A stretch of DNA of 64,000 bases from Balanoglossus misakiensis (lineage: Eukaryota > Animalia > Hemichordata), in NCBI GenBank assembly GCA_040954595.2, contig CM082598.2:8633097-8697096 (forward strand), written 5' to 3'. This document shows positions 38,200 through 53,100 of this stretch, piece after piece. The translations under genes were made by a program, and so were the position numbers. Position 1 is the first letter of the stretch. Each line of letters opens with the position of its first letter. Under the pieces are notes generated by a model. That model had not been told where the DNA came from. It worked only from the letters and a program-made list of their open reading frames with translations, and did no database searches.

Positions 38200-41100
38200 C
38201 GGCAATATATTCTCTGCCATCATTTCTCCCCTCCATAGAATGGCGGCAATATATTCTCTGCCATCATTTCTCCCCTCCCAAGAATGGCGGCAACAAACTC
38301 TCAGTCGTTATTTCTCCCCTCCCGAGAATGTCGGGAACAAACTCTCAGCCATCATTTCTCCCCTCCCGATAATGGCGGCAATAATTTCTCTGCCATGATT
38401 TCTCCCCTCCCAAGAATGGCGGCAATAAATTCTGTGCCATCATTTCTCCCCTCCCGAGAATGGCGGCAACAAATTCTCAGCCGTTATTTCTCCCCTCACA
38501 AGAATGGCGGCAACAAACTCTCAGCCGTTATTTATCCCCTCCCAAGATTGGCGGCAATAAATTCTCTGCCATCATTTCTCCCCTCCCAAGAATGGCGGCA
38601 ACAAACTCTCAGCCGTTATATCTCCCCTCCCGAGAATGGCAGCAATAAATTCTCTGCCATCATTTCTCCCCTCCCAAGGATGGCGGCAATAAATTCTCTG
38701 CCATCATTTCTCCCCTCCCAAGAATGGCGGCAACAAACTCTCAGTCGTTATTTCTCCCCTCCCGATAATGGCGGCAATAAATTCTCTGCCATCATTTATT
38801 CCCTCCCAAGATTTGCGGCAATAAATTCTCTGCCATCATTTTTCCCCTCCTAAGAATGGCGGCAATATATTCTCTGCCATGATTTCTCCCCTCCCTAGAA
38901 TGGCGGTAATATATTCTCTGCCATAATTTCTCCCCTCCCAAGAATGGCGGCAATAAATTCTGTGCCATCATTTCTCCCCTCCCAAGAATGGCGGCAACAA
39001 ACTCTCAGCCGTTATTTCACCCCTCCCAAGGATGGCGGCAATATATTCTCTGCCATCATTTCTCCCCTCCATAGAATGGCGGCAATATATTCTCTGCCAT
39101 CATTTCTCCCCTCCCAAGAATGGCGGCAACAAACTCTCAGTCGTTATTTCTCCCCTCCCGAGAATGGCGGCAATAAATTCTCTGCCATCGTTTCTCCCCT
39201 CCCAAGAATGGCGCCAACAAACTCTCTGCCATCATTTCTGCCCTCCCGAGAATGGCTTCAACAAACTCTCAGCCATTATTTCTTTTCTCCCCTCACAAGA
39301 ATGGCGGCAACAAACTCTCAGCCGTTATTTATCCCCTCCCAAGATTGGCGGCAATAAATTCTCTGCCATCATTTATCCCCTCCCAAGAATGGCGGCAACA
39401 AACTTTCAGCCGTTATATCTCCTCTCCCGAGAATGGCAGCGATAAATTCTCTGCCATCATTTCTCCCCTCCCAAGGATGGCGGTAATAAATTATCTGCCA
39501 TCGTTTCTCCCCTCCCAAGAATGGCCCCAACAAACTCTCAGCCCTTATTTCTCCCCTCCCATGAATGGCTTCAACAAACTCTCAGCCGTTATTTCTCCCC
39601 TCCCGAGAATGGCGGCAACAAACTCTCAGCCCTTATTTCATCCCTCCCGAGAATGGCGGCAACAAATTCTCAGCCGTTATTTCTCCCCTCGCAAGAATGG
39701 CGGCAACAAACTCTCAGCCGTTATTTATCCCCTCCCAAGATTGGCGGCAATAAATTCTCTGCCATCATTTCTCCCCTCCCAAGAATTGCGGCAACAAACT
39801 CTCAGCCGTTATATCTCCCTTCCCGAGAATGGCAGCAATAAATTCTCTGCCATCATTTCTCCCCTCCCAAGGATGGCGGCACTAAATTCTCTGCCATCAT
39901 TTCTCCCCTCCCAAGGATGGCGGTAATAAATTATCTGCCATCGTTTCTCCCCTCCCAAGAATGGCCCCAACAAACTCTCAGCCCTTATTTCTCCCCTCCC
40001 ATGAATGGCTTCAACAAACTCTCAGCCGTTATTTCTCCCCTCCCGAGAATGGCGGCAACAAACTCTCAGCCCTTATTTCATCCCTCCCGAGAATGGCGGC
40101 AACAAATTCTCAGCCGTTATTTCTCCCCTCGCAAGAATGGCGGCAACAAACTCTCAGCCCTTATTTCTCCCCTCCCAAGAATGGCGGCAATAAATTCTCT
40201 GCCATCATTTCTCCCCTCCCAAGAATGGCGGCAACAAACTCTCAGTCGTTATTTCTCCCCTCCCGAGAATGGCGGGAACAAACTCTCAGCCATCATTTCT
40301 CCCCTCCCGATAATGGCGGCAATAATTTCTCTGCCATGATTTCTCCCCTCCCAAGAATGGCGGCAACAAATTCTCAGCCGTTATTTCTCCCCTCACAAGA
40401 ATGGCGGCAACAAACTCTCAGCCCTTATTTCATCCCTCCCGAGAATGGTGGCAACAAATTCTCAGCCGTTATTTATCCCCTCCCAAGATTAGCGGCAATA
40501 AATTCTCTGCCATCATTTCTCCCCTCCCAAGAATTGCGGCAACAAACTCTCAGCCGTTATATCTCCCTTCCCGAGAATGGCAGCAATAAATTCTCTGCCA
40601 TCATTTCTCCCCTCCCAAGGATGGCGGCACTAAATTCTCTGCCATCATTTCTCCCCTCCCAAGAATGGCGGCAACAAACTCTCAGTCGTTATTTCTCCCC
40701 TCCCGAGAATGGCGGGAACAAACTCTCAGCCCTTATTTCTCAGCTCCCGATAATGGCGGCAATAAATTCTCTGCCATGATTTCTCCCCTCCCAAGAATGG
40801 CGGCAATAAATTCTCTGCTATCATTTCTCCCCTCCCAAGAATGGGAGCATCAAACTCTCAGCCCCCATTTCTCCCCTCCCGAGAATGGCGGCAACAAACT
40901 CTCAGCCCTTATTTCTCCCCTCCCAAGAATGGCGGCAATAAATTCTCTGCCGTCATTTCTCCCCTCCCAAGAATGGCGGCAACAAACTCTCAGTCGTTAT
41001 TTCTCCCCTCCCGAGAATGGCGGGAACAAACTCTCAGCCATCATTTCTCCCCTCCCGATAATGGCGGCAATAATTTCTCTGCCATGATTTCTCCCCTCCC

Positions 41101-44100
41101 AAGAATGGCGGCAACAAATTCTCAGCCGTTATTTCTCCCCTCACAAGAATGGCGGCAACAAACTCTCAGCCGTTATTTATCCCCTCCCAAGATTGGCGGC
41201 AATAAATTCTCTGCCATCATTTATCCCCTCCCAAGAATTGCGGCAACAAACTCTCAGCCGTTATATCTCCCTTCCCGAGAATGGCAGCAATAAATTCTCT
41301 GCCATCATTTCTCCCCTCCCAAGGATGGCGGCACTAAATTCTCTGCCATCATTTCTCCCCTCCCAAGAATGGCGGCAACAAACTCTCAGTCGTTATTTCT
41401 CCCCTCCCGAGAATGGCGGGAACAAACTCTCAGCCCTTATTTCTCAGCTCCCGATAATGGCGGCAATAAATTCTCTGCCATGATTTCTCCCCTCCCAAGA
41501 ATGGCGGCAATAAATTCTCTGCTATCATTTCTCCCCTCCCAAGAATGGGGGCATCAAACTCTCAGCCCCCATTTCTCCCCTCCCGAGAATGGCGGCAACA
41601 AACTCTCAGCCCTTATTTCTCTCCTCCCAAGAATGGCGGCAATAAATTCTCTGCCATCATTTCTCCCCTCCCAAGAATGGCGGCAACAAACTCTCAGTCG
41701 TTATTTCTCCCCTCCCGAGAATGGCGGGAACAAACTCTCAGCCATCATTTCTCCCCTCCCGATAATGGCGGCAATAATTTCTCTGCCATGATTTCTCCCC
41801 TCCCAAGAATGGCGGCAACAAATTCTCAGCCGTTATTTCTCCCCTCACAAGAATGGCGGCAACAAACTCTCAGCCCTTATTTCATCCCTCCCGAGAATGG
41901 CGGCAACAAATTCTCAGCCGTTATTTCTCCCCTCACAAGAATGGCGGCAACAAACTCTCAGCCGTTATTTATCCCCTCCCAAGATTGGCGGCAATAAATT
42001 CTCTGCCATCATTTCTCCCCTCCCAAGAATTGCGGCAACAAACTCTCAGCCGTTATATCTCCCTACTCGAGAATGGCAGCAATAAATTCTCTGCCATCAT
42101 TTCTCCCCTCCCAAGGATGGCGGCACTAAATTCTCTGCCATCATTTCTCCCCTCCCAAGAATGGCGGCAACAAACTCTCAGTCGTTATTTCTCCCCTCCC
42201 GAGAATGGCGGGAACAAACTCTCAGCCCTTATTTCTCAGCTCCCGATAATGGCGGCAATAAATTCTCTGCCATGATTTCTCCCCTCCCAAGAATGGCGGC
42301 AATAAATTCTCTGCTATCATTTCTCCCCTCCCAAGAATGGGGGCATCAAACTCTCAGCCCCCATTTCTCCCCTCCCGAGAATGGCGGCAACAAACTCTCA
42401 GCCCTTATTTCTCCCATCCCAAGAATGGCGGCAATAAATTCTCTGCCATCATTTCTCCCCTCCCAAGAATGGCGGCAACAAACTCTCAGTCGTTATTTCT
42501 CCCCTCCCGAGAATGGCGGGAACAAACTCTCAGCCATCATTTCTCCCCTCCCGATAATGGCGGCAATAATTTCTCTGCCATGATTTCTCCCCTCCCAAGA
42601 ATGGCGGCAACAAATTCTCAGCCGTTATTTCTCCCCTCACAAGAATGGCGGCAACAAACTCTCAGCCGTTATTTATCCCCTCCCAAGATTGGCGGCAATA
42701 AATTCTCTGCCATCATTTATCCCCTCCCAAGAATGGCGGCAACAAACTCTCAGCCGTTATATCTCCCCTCCCGAGAATGGCAGCGATAAATTCTCTGCCA
42801 TCATTTCTCCCCTCCCAAGGATGGCGGTAATAAATTCTCTGCCATCGTTTCTCCCCTCCCAAGAATGGCCCCAACAAACTCTCAGCCCTTATTTCTCCCC
42901 TCCCATGAATGGCGGCAACAAACTCTCTGCCATCATTTCTGCCCTCCTGAGAATGGCTTCAACAAACTCTCAGCCGTTATTTCTCCCCTCCCGAGAATGG
43001 CGGCAACAAACTCTCAGCCCTTATTTCACCCCTCCCGAGAATGGCGGTAATAAATTCTCTGCCATCATTTTTCCCCTCCCAAGAATGGCGGCAACAAACT
43101 ATCTGCCATCATTTCTCCCCTCCCAAGAATGGCGGCAACAAACTCTCAGCCCTCATTTCCCCCCTCCCGAGAATGGCGGGAACAAACTCTCAGCCCTTAT
43201 TTCTCAGCTCCCGATAATGGCGGCAATAAATTCTCTGCCATGATTTCTCCCCTCCCAAGAATGGCGGCAATAAATTCTCTGCCATTATTTCTCCCCACCC
43301 AAGAATGGCGGCATCAAACTCTCAGCCCTCATTTCTCCCCTCCCGAGAGTGGCGGCAACAAACTCTCAGCCCTTATTTCTCCCCTCCCAAGAATGGCGGC
43401 AATAAATTCTCTGCCATAGTTTCTCCCCTCCCAAGAATGGCCCCAACAAACTCTCAGCCCTCATTTTTCCCCTGTCAAGAATGGCGGCAACAAAGTGTCG
43501 GCCCTTATTTCACCCCTCCCATGGATGGCGGCAATAAATTCTCTGCCATCATTCCTCCCCTCCCGAGAATGGCGGCAATATATTCTCTGCCATCATTTCT
43601 CCCCTCCATAGAATGGCGGCAATATATTCTCTGCCATCATTTCTCCCCTCCCAAGAATGGCGGCAACAAACTCTCAGTCGTTATTTCTCCCCTCCCGAGA
43701 ATGGCGGGAACAAACTCTCAGCCATCATTTCTCCCCTCCCGATAATGGCGGCAATAATTTCTCTGCCATGATTTCTCCCCTCCCAAGAATGGCGGCAACA
43801 AATTCTCAGCCGTTATTTCTCCCCTCACAAGAATGGCGGCAACAAACTCTCAGCCGTTATTTATCCCCTCCCAAGATTGGCGGCAATAAATTCTCTGCCA
43901 TCATTTATCCCCTCCCAAGAATAGCGGCAACAAACTCTCAGCCGTTATATCTCCCCTCCCGAGAATGGCAGCGATAAATTCTCTGCCATCATTTCTCCCC
44001 TCCCAAGGATGGCGGTAATAAATTCTCTGCCATCGTTTCTCCCCTCCCAAGAATGGCCCCAACAAACTCTCAGCCCTTATTTCTCCCCTCCCATGAATGG

Positions 44101-47100
44101 CGGCAACAAACTCTCTGCCATCATTTCTGCCCTCCCGAGAATGGCTTCAACAAACTCTCAGCCGTTATTTCTCCCCTCCCGAGAATGGCTGCAACAAACT
44201 CTCAGCCCTTATTTCACCCCTCCCGAGAATGGCGGTAATAAATTCTCTGCCATCATTTCTCCCCTCCCAAGAATGGCGGCAACAAACTAACTGCCATCAT
44301 TTCTCCCCTCCCAAGGATGGCGGTAATAAATTCTCTGCCATCGTTTCTCCCCTCCCAAGAATGGCCCCAACAAACTCTCAGCTCTTATTTCTCCCCTCCC
44401 ATGAATGGCGGCAACAAACTCTCTGCCATCATTTCTGCCATCCCGAGAATGGCTTCAACAAACTCTCAGCCGTTATTTCTCCCCTCCCGAGAATGGCTGC
44501 AACAAACTCTCAGCCCTTATTTCACCCCTCCCGAGAATGGCGGTAATAAATTCTCTGCCATCATTTCTCCCCTCCCAAGAATGGCGGCAACAAACTATCT
44601 GCCATCATTTCTCCCCACCCAAGAATGGCGGCAACAAACTCTCAGCCCTCATTTCCCCCCTCCCGAGAATGGCGGGAACAAACTCTCAGCCCTTATTTCT
44701 TAGCTCCCGATAATGGCGGCAATAAATTCTCTGCCATGATTTCTCCCCTCCCAAGAATTGCGGCAATAAATTCTCTGCCATTATTTCTCCCCTCCCAAGA
44801 ATGGCGGCATCAAACTCTCAGCCCTCAATTCTCCCCTCCCGAGAATGGCGGCAACAAACTCTCAGCCCTTAATTCTCCCCTCCCAAGAATGGCGGCAATA
44901 AATTCTCTGCCATCATTTCTCCCCTCCCAAGAATGGCGGCAATATATTCTCTGCCATCATTTCTCCCCTCCCTAGAATGGCGTCAATATATTCTCTGCCA
45001 TTATTTCTCCCCTCCCAAGATTGGCGGCAATAAATTCTCTGCCATCATTTCTCCCCTCCCAAGAATTTCGGCAACAAACTCTCAGCCGTTATATCTCCCC
45101 TCCCGTAAATGGCAGCAATAAATTCTCTGCCATCATTTCTCCCCTCCCAAGGATGGCGGCAATAAATTCTCTGCCATCGTTTCTCCCCTCCCAAGAATGG
45201 CCCCAACAAACTCTCAGCCCTCATTTCTCCCCTCTCAAGAATGGCGGCAACAAACTGTCGGCCCTTATTCCTCCCCTCCCGAGAATGGCGGGAACAAACT
45301 CTCAGCCCTTATTTCTCCCCTCCCGATAATGGGGCAATAAATTCTCTGCCATGATTTCTCCCCTCCCAAGAATGGCGGCAATAAATTCTCTGCCGTCATT
45401 TCTCCCCTCCAAAGAATGGCGGCATCAAATTCTCAGCCGTTATTTCTCCACTCCCAAGAATAGCGGCAACAAACTCTCAGCCGTTATTTATCCCCTCCCA
45501 AGATTGGCGGCAATAAATTCTCTGCCATCATTTTCCCCTCCTAAGAATGGCGGCAATATATTCTCTGCCATCATTTCTCCCCTCCCTAGAATGGCGGTAA
45601 TATATTCTCTGCCATAATTTCTCCCCTCCCAAGAATGGCGGCAATAAATTCTGTGCCATCATTTCTCCCCTCCCAAGAATGGCGGCAACAAACTCTCAGC
45701 CGTTATTTCTCCCCTCCCAAGAATGGCGGCAATTAATTCTCTGCCATCATTTCTGCCCTCCCGAGAATGGCTTCAACAAACTCTCAGCCGTTATTTCTCC
45801 CCTCCCGAGAATGGCGGCAATAAATTCTCTGCAATCATTTCTCCCTTCCCCAGAATGGCGGCAGCAAACTCTCTGCCATCATTTCTCCCCTCCCAAGAAT
45901 GGCGGCAACAAACTCTCAGCCCTCATTTCTCCCCTCCCAAGAATGGCGGCAACAAACTCTCAGCCCATATTTCTCCCCTCCCAAGAATGGCGGCAACAAA
46001 CTCTCAGCCGTTATTTCTCCCCTCCCAAGAATGGCGACAATAAATTCTCAACCATCATTTCTCCCCTCCCAAGAATGGCGGCAATTAATTCTCTGCCATA
46101 ATTTCTCCCCTCCCAAGAATGGCGACAATACATTCTATGCCATCATTTCTCCCCTCCCAAGAATGGCGGCAACAAACTCTCTGCCATCATTTCTCCCCTC
46201 CCAAGAATGGCAGCAAAAAACTCTCAGCCATCATTTCTCCCCTCCCAAGAATGGCGGCAACAAACTGTCAGCACTGATTTCTCCCCCCCCCCCCCCACCA
46301 AGAATGGCGGCAATATATTCTCTGCCATCATTTCTCCCCTCCCGAGAATTGCGGCAATAAATTCTCTGCCATCATTTCTCCCCTCCCGATAATGGCGGCA
46401 ATAAATTCTCCGCGATCATTTCTCCCCTCCCAAGAATGGCGTCAATTAATTCTCTGCCATCATTTCTTCCCTCCCGAGAATGTCTTCAACAAACTCTCTG
46501 CCATCATTTCTCCCTTCCCCAGAATGGCGGCAACAAACTCTCTGCCATCATTTCTCACCTCCCAAGAATGGCGGCAATAAATTCTCAGCCATCATTTCTC
46601 CCCTCCCAAGAATGGCGGCAACAAACTCTCAGCCCATATTTCTCCCCTCCCAAGAATGGCGGCAACAAACTCTCAGCCGTTATTTCTCCCCTCCCAAGAA
46701 TGGCGGCAATAAATTCTCTACCATCATTTCTCCCCTCCCAAGAATGGCGGCAATTAATTCTCTGCCATAATTTCTCCCCTCCCAAGAATGGCGACAATAC
46801 ATTCTCTGCCATCAATTCTCCCCTCCCAAGAATGGCGGCAACAAACTCTCTGCCATCATTTCTCCCCTCCCAAGAATGGCGGCAACAAACTCTCAGCCCA
46901 TATTTCTCCGGTCTCGAGAATGGCGGCAACAAACTCTCTGCCATCATTTCTCCCCTCCCAAGAATGGCGGCAACAAACTCTCAGCCATCATTTCTCCCCT
47001 CCCAAGAATGGCGGCAACAAACTCTCAGCCATCATTTCCCCCCTCCCAAGAATGGCGGCAACAAACTGTCAGCACAGATTTCTCCCCCCCCCCGAAGAAT

Positions 47101-50100
47101 GGCGGCAACAAAGTCTCTGCCATCATTTCTCCCCTCCCTAGAATGGCGGCAACAAACTCTATGCCATGATTTCTCCCCTCCCAAGATTAGCGGCAATAAA
47201 TTCTCTACCATCATTTCACCCCTCCCGAGAATGGCTTCAACAAACTCTCAGCCGTTTTTTCTACCCTCCCAAGAATGGCGGCAATAAATTCTCTGCCATT
47301 GTTTCTCCCCTCCCAAGAATGGCGGCAACAAACTCTCCGCCATCGTTTCTCCCCTCCCAAGAATGGCGGCAACAAACTCTCCGCCATCATTTCTGCCCTC
47401 CCGAGAATGGCTTCAACTAACTCTTAGCCGTTATTTCTCCTCTCCCGAGAATGGCGGTAATAAATTCTCTGCCATCATTTCTCCCTTCCCCAGAATGGCG
47501 GCAACAAACTCTCTGCCATCATTTCTCCCCTCCCAAGAATGGCGGCAACAAACTCTCAGCCCATATTTTTCCCGTCTCGAGAATGGCGGCAACAAAATCT
47601 ATGCCATGATTTCTCCCCTCCCAAGATTGGCGGCAATAAATTCTCTACCATCATTTCACCCCTCCCGAGAATGGCTTCAACAAACTCTCAGCCGTTTTTC
47701 CTACCCTCCCAAGAATGGCGGCAACACACTCTCAGCCAACATTTCTCCCCTCCCAAGAATGGCGGCAACAAACTCTCAGCCCATATTTCTCCGGTCTCGA
47801 GAATGGCGGCAACAAACTCTCTGCCATCATTTCTCCCCTCCCAAGAATGGCGGCAACAAACTCTCAGCCATCATTTCTCCCCTCCCAAGAATGGCGGCAA
47901 CAAACTCTCAGCCATCATTTCCCCCCTCCCAAGAATGGCGGCAACAAACTGTCAGCACTGATTTCTCCCCCCCCCCGAGAATGGCGGGAACAAACTCTCA
48001 GCCATCATTTCTCCCCTCCCGATAACGGCGGCAATAATTTCTCTGCCATGATTTCTCCCCTCCCAAGAATGGCGGCAATAAATTCTATGCCATCATTTCT
48101 CCCCTCCCGAAAATGGCGGCAACAAATTCTCAGCCGTTATTTCTCCCCTCACAAGAATGGCGGCAACAAACTCTCAGCCGTTATTTATCCCCTCCCTAGA
48201 ATGGCGGCAATACATTCTCTGCCATCATTTCTCCCCTCCCAAGAATGGCGGCAACAAACTCTCAGTCGTTATTTCTCCCCTCCCGAGAATGGCGGGAACA
48301 AACTCTCAGCCATCATTTCTCCCCTCCCGATAATGGCGGCAATAATTTCTCTGCCATGATTTCTCCCCTCCCAAGAATGGCGGCAACAAATTCTCAGCCG
48401 TTATATCTCCCCTCCCGAGAATGGCAGCAATTAATTCTCTGCCATCATTTCTCCCCTCACAGGGATGGCGGCAATACATTCTCTGCCATCGATTCTCCCC
48501 TCCCAAGAATGGCGCCAACAAACTCTCAGCCCTCATTTCTCCCCTCCCATGAATGGCTGCAACAAACTCTCTGCCGTCATTTCTGCCCTCCCGAGAATGG
48601 CTTCAACAAACTCTCAGCCGTTATTTCTCCCCTCCCGAGAATGGCTGCAACAAACTCTCAGCCCTTATTTCACCCCTCCCGAGAATGGCGGTAATAAATT
48701 CTCTGCCATCATTTCTCCCCTCCCAAGAATGGCGGCAACAAACTCTCAGCCGTTATATCTCCCCTCCCGAGAATGGCAGCAATTAATTCTCTGCCATCAT
48801 TTCTCCCCTCACAGGGATGGCGGCAATACATTCTCTGCCATCGATTCTCCCCTCCCAAGAATGGCGCCAACAAACTCTCAGCCCTCATTTCTCCCCTCCC
48901 ATGAATGGCTGCAACAAACTCTCTGCCGTCATTTCTGCCCTCCCGAGAATGGCGGCAACAAACTCTCAGCCCTTATTTCACCCCTCCCGAGAATGGCGGC
49001 AATAAATTCTCTGCCATCATTTCTCCCCTCCCAAGAATGGCGGCAACAAACTCTCAGCCGTTACATCTCCCCTCCCGAGAATGGCAGCAATTAATTCTCT
49101 GCCATCATTTCTCCCCTCACAGGGATGGCGGCAATACATTCTCTGCCATCGATTCTCCCCTCCCAAGAATGGCGCCAACAAACTCTCAGCCCTCATTTCT
49201 CCCCTCCCATGAATGGCTGCAACAAACTCTCAGGCGTTATTTCTTCCCTCCCGAGAATGACGGCAACAAACTCTCAGCCCTTATTTCACCCCTCCCGAGA
49301 ATGGCGGCAATAAATTCTCTGCCATCATTTCTCCCCTCCCAAGAATGGCGGTAATATATTCTCTGCCATAATTTCTCCCCTCCCAAGAATGGCGGCAATA
49401 AATTCTCTGCCATCATTTCTCCCCTCCATAGAATGGCGGCAATATATTCTCTGCCATCATTTCTCCCCTCCCAAGAATGGCGGCAACAAACTCTCAGTCG
49501 TTATTTCTCCCCTCCCGAGAATGTCGGCAACAAACTCTCAGTCGTTATTTCTCCCCTCCCGAGAATGTCGGGAACAAACTCTCAGCCATCATTTCTCCCC
49601 TCCCGATAATGGCGGCAATAATTTCTCTGCCATGATTTCTCCCCTCCCAAGAATGGCGGCAATAAATTCTGTGCCATCATTTCTCCCCTCCCGAGAATGG
49701 CGGCAACAAATTCTCAGCCGTTATTTCTCCCCTCACAAGAATGGCGGCAACAAACTCTCAGCCGTTATTTATCCCCTCCCAAGATTGGCGGCAATAAATT
49801 CTCTGCCATCATTTCTCCCCTCCCAAGAATGGCGGCAACAAACTCTCAGCCGTTATATCTCCCCTCCCGAGAATGGCAGCAATAAATTCTCTGCCATCAT
49901 TTCTCCCCTCCCAAGGATGGCGGCAATAAATTCTCTGCCATCATTTCTCCCCTCCCAAGAATGGCGGCAACAAACTCTCAGTCGTTATTTCTCCCCTCCC
50001 GATAATGGCGGCAATAAATTCTCTGCCATCATTTATTCCCTCCCAAGATTTGCGGCAATAAATTCTCTGCCATCATTTTTCCCCTCCTAAAAATGGCGGC

Positions 50101-53100
50101 AATATATTCTCTGCCATGATTTCTCCCCTCCCTAGAATGGCGGTAATATATTCTCTGCCATAATTTCTCCCCTCCCAAGAATGGCGGCAATAAATTCTGT
50201 GCCATCATTTCTCCCCTCCCAAGAAAGGCGGCAACAAACTCTCAGCCGTTATTTCACCCCTCCCAAGGATGGCGGCAATATATTCTCTGCCATCATTTCT
50301 CCCCTCCATAGAATGGCGGCAATATATTCTCTGCCATCATTTCTCCCCTCCCAAGAATGGCGGCAACAAACTCTCAGTCGTTATTTCTCCCCTCCCGAGA
50401 ATGGCGGCAATAAATTCTCTGCCATCGTTTCTCCCCTCCCAAGAATGGCGCCAACAAACTCTCAGCCCTTATTTCTCCCCTCCCATGAATGGTTGCAACA
50501 AACTCTCTGCCATCATTTCTGCCCTCCCGAGAATGGCTTCAACAAACTCTCAGCCATTATTTCTTTTCTCCCCTCACAAGAATGGCGGCAACAAACTCTC
50601 AGCCGTTATTTATCCCCTCCCAAGATTGGCGGCAATAAATTCTCTGCCATCATTTATCCCCTCCCAAGAATGGCGGCACCAACCTTTCAGCCGTTATATC
50701 TCCTCTCCCGAGAATGGCAGCGATAAATTCTCTGCCATCATTTCTCCCCTCCCAAGGATGGCGGTAATAAATTATCTGCCATCGTTTCTCCCCTCCCAAG
50801 AATGGCCCCAACAAACTCTCAGCCCTTATTTCTCCCCTCCCATGAATGGCTTCAACAAACTCTCAGCCGTTATTTCTCCCCTCCCGAGAATGGCGGCAAC
50901 AAACTCTCAGCCCTTATTTCATCCCTCCCGAGAATGGCGGCAACAAATTCTCAGCCGTTATTTCTCCCCTCGCAAGAATGGCGGCAACAAACTCTCAGCC
51001 GTTATTTATCCCCTCCCAAGATTGGCGGCAATAAATTCTCTGCCATCATTTCTCCCCTCCCAAGAATTGCGGCAACAAACTCTCAGCCGTTATATCTCCC
51101 TTCCCGAGAATGGCAGCAATAAATTCTCTGCCATCATTTCTCCCCTCCCAAGGATGGCGGCACTAAATTCTCTGCCATCATTTCTCCCCTCCCAAGAATG
51201 GCGGCAACAAACTCTCAGTCGTTATTTCTCCCCTCCCGAGAATGGCGGGAACAAACTCTCAGCCCTTATTTCTCAGCTCCCGATAATGGCGGCAATAAAT
51301 TCTCTGCCATGATTTCTCCCCTCCCAAGAATGGCGGCAATAAATTCTCTGCTATCATTTCTCCCCTCCCAAGAATGGGGGCATCAAACTCTCAGCCCCCA
51401 TTTCTCCCCTCCCAAGAATGGCGGCAACAAACTCTCAGTCGTTATTTCTCCCCTCCCGAGAATGGCGGGAACAAACTCTCAGCCCTTATTTCTCAGCTCC
51501 CGATAATGGCGGCAATAAATTCTCTGCCATGATTTCTCCCCTCCCAAGAATGGCGGCAATAAATTCTCTGCTATCATTTCTCCCCTCCCAAGAATGGGGG
51601 CATCAAACTCTCAGCCCCCATTTCTCCCCTCCCAAGAATGGCGGCAACAAACTCTCAGTCGTTATTTCTCCCCTCCCGAGAATGGCGGGAACAAACTCTC
51701 ATCCCTTATTTCTCAGCTCCCGATAATGGCGGCAATAAATTCTCTGCCATGATTTCTCCCCTCCCAAGAATGGCGGCAATAAATTCTCTGCTATCATTTC
51801 TCCCCTCCCAAGAATGGGGGCATCAAACTCTCAGCCCCCATTTCTCCCCTCCCGAGAATGGCGGCAACAAACTCTCAGCCCTTATTTCTCCCCTCCCAAG
51901 AATGGCGGCAATAAATTCTCTGCCATCATTTCTCCCCTCCCAAGAATGGCGGCAACAAACTCTCAGTCGTTATTTCTCCCCTCCCGAGAATGGCGGGAAC
52001 AAACTCTCAGCCATCATTTCTCCCCTCCCGATAATGGCGGCAATAATTTCTCTGCCATGATTTCTCCCCTCCCAAGAATGGCGGCAACAAATTCTCAGCC
52101 GTTATTTCTCCCCTCACAAGAATGGCGGCAACAAACTCTCAGCCGTTATTTATCCCCTCCCAAGATTGGCGGCAATAAATTCTCTGCCATCATTTATCCC
52201 CTCCCAAGAATTGCGGCAACAAACTCTCAGCCGTTATATCTCCCTTCCCGAGAATGGCAGCAATAAATTCTCTGCCATCATTTCTCCCCTCCCAAGGATG
52301 GCGGCACTAAATTCTCTGCCATCATTTCTCCCCTCCCAAGAATGGCGGCAACAAACTCTCAGTCGTTATTTCTCCCCTCCCGAGAATGGCGGGAACAAAC
52401 TCTCAGCCCTTATTTCTCAGCTCCCGATAATGGCGGCAATAAATTCTCTGCCATGATTTCTCCCCTCCCAAGAATGGCGGCAATAAATTCTCTGCTATCA
52501 TTTCTCCCCTCCCAAGAATGGGGGCATCAAACTCTCAGCCCCCATTTCTCCCCTCCCGAGAATGGCGGCAACAAACTCTCAGCCCTTATTTATCCCCTCC
52601 CAAGAATGGCGGCAATAAATTCTCTGCCATCATTTCTCCCCTCCCAAGAATGGCGGCAACAAACTCTCAGTCGTTATTTCTCCCCTCCCGAGAATGGCGG
52701 GAACAAACTCTCAGCCATCATTTCTCCCCTCCCGATAATGGCGGCAATAATTTCTCTGCCATGATTTCTCCCCTCCCAAGAATGGCGGCAACAAATTCTC
52801 AGCCGTTATTTCTCCCCTCACAAGAATGGCGGCAACAAACTCTCAGCCCTTATTTCATCCCTCCCGAGAATGGCGGCAACAAATTCTCAGCCGTTATTTC
52901 TCCCCTCACAAGAATGGCGGCAACAAACTCTCAGCCGTTATTTCTCCCCTCCCAAGATTGGCGGCAATAAATTCTCTGCCATCATTTCTCCCCTCCCAAG
53001 AATTGCGGCAACAAACTCTCAGCCGTTATATCTCCCTACTCGAGAATGGCAGCAATAAATTCTCTGCCATCATTTCTCCCCTCCCAAGGATGGCGGCACT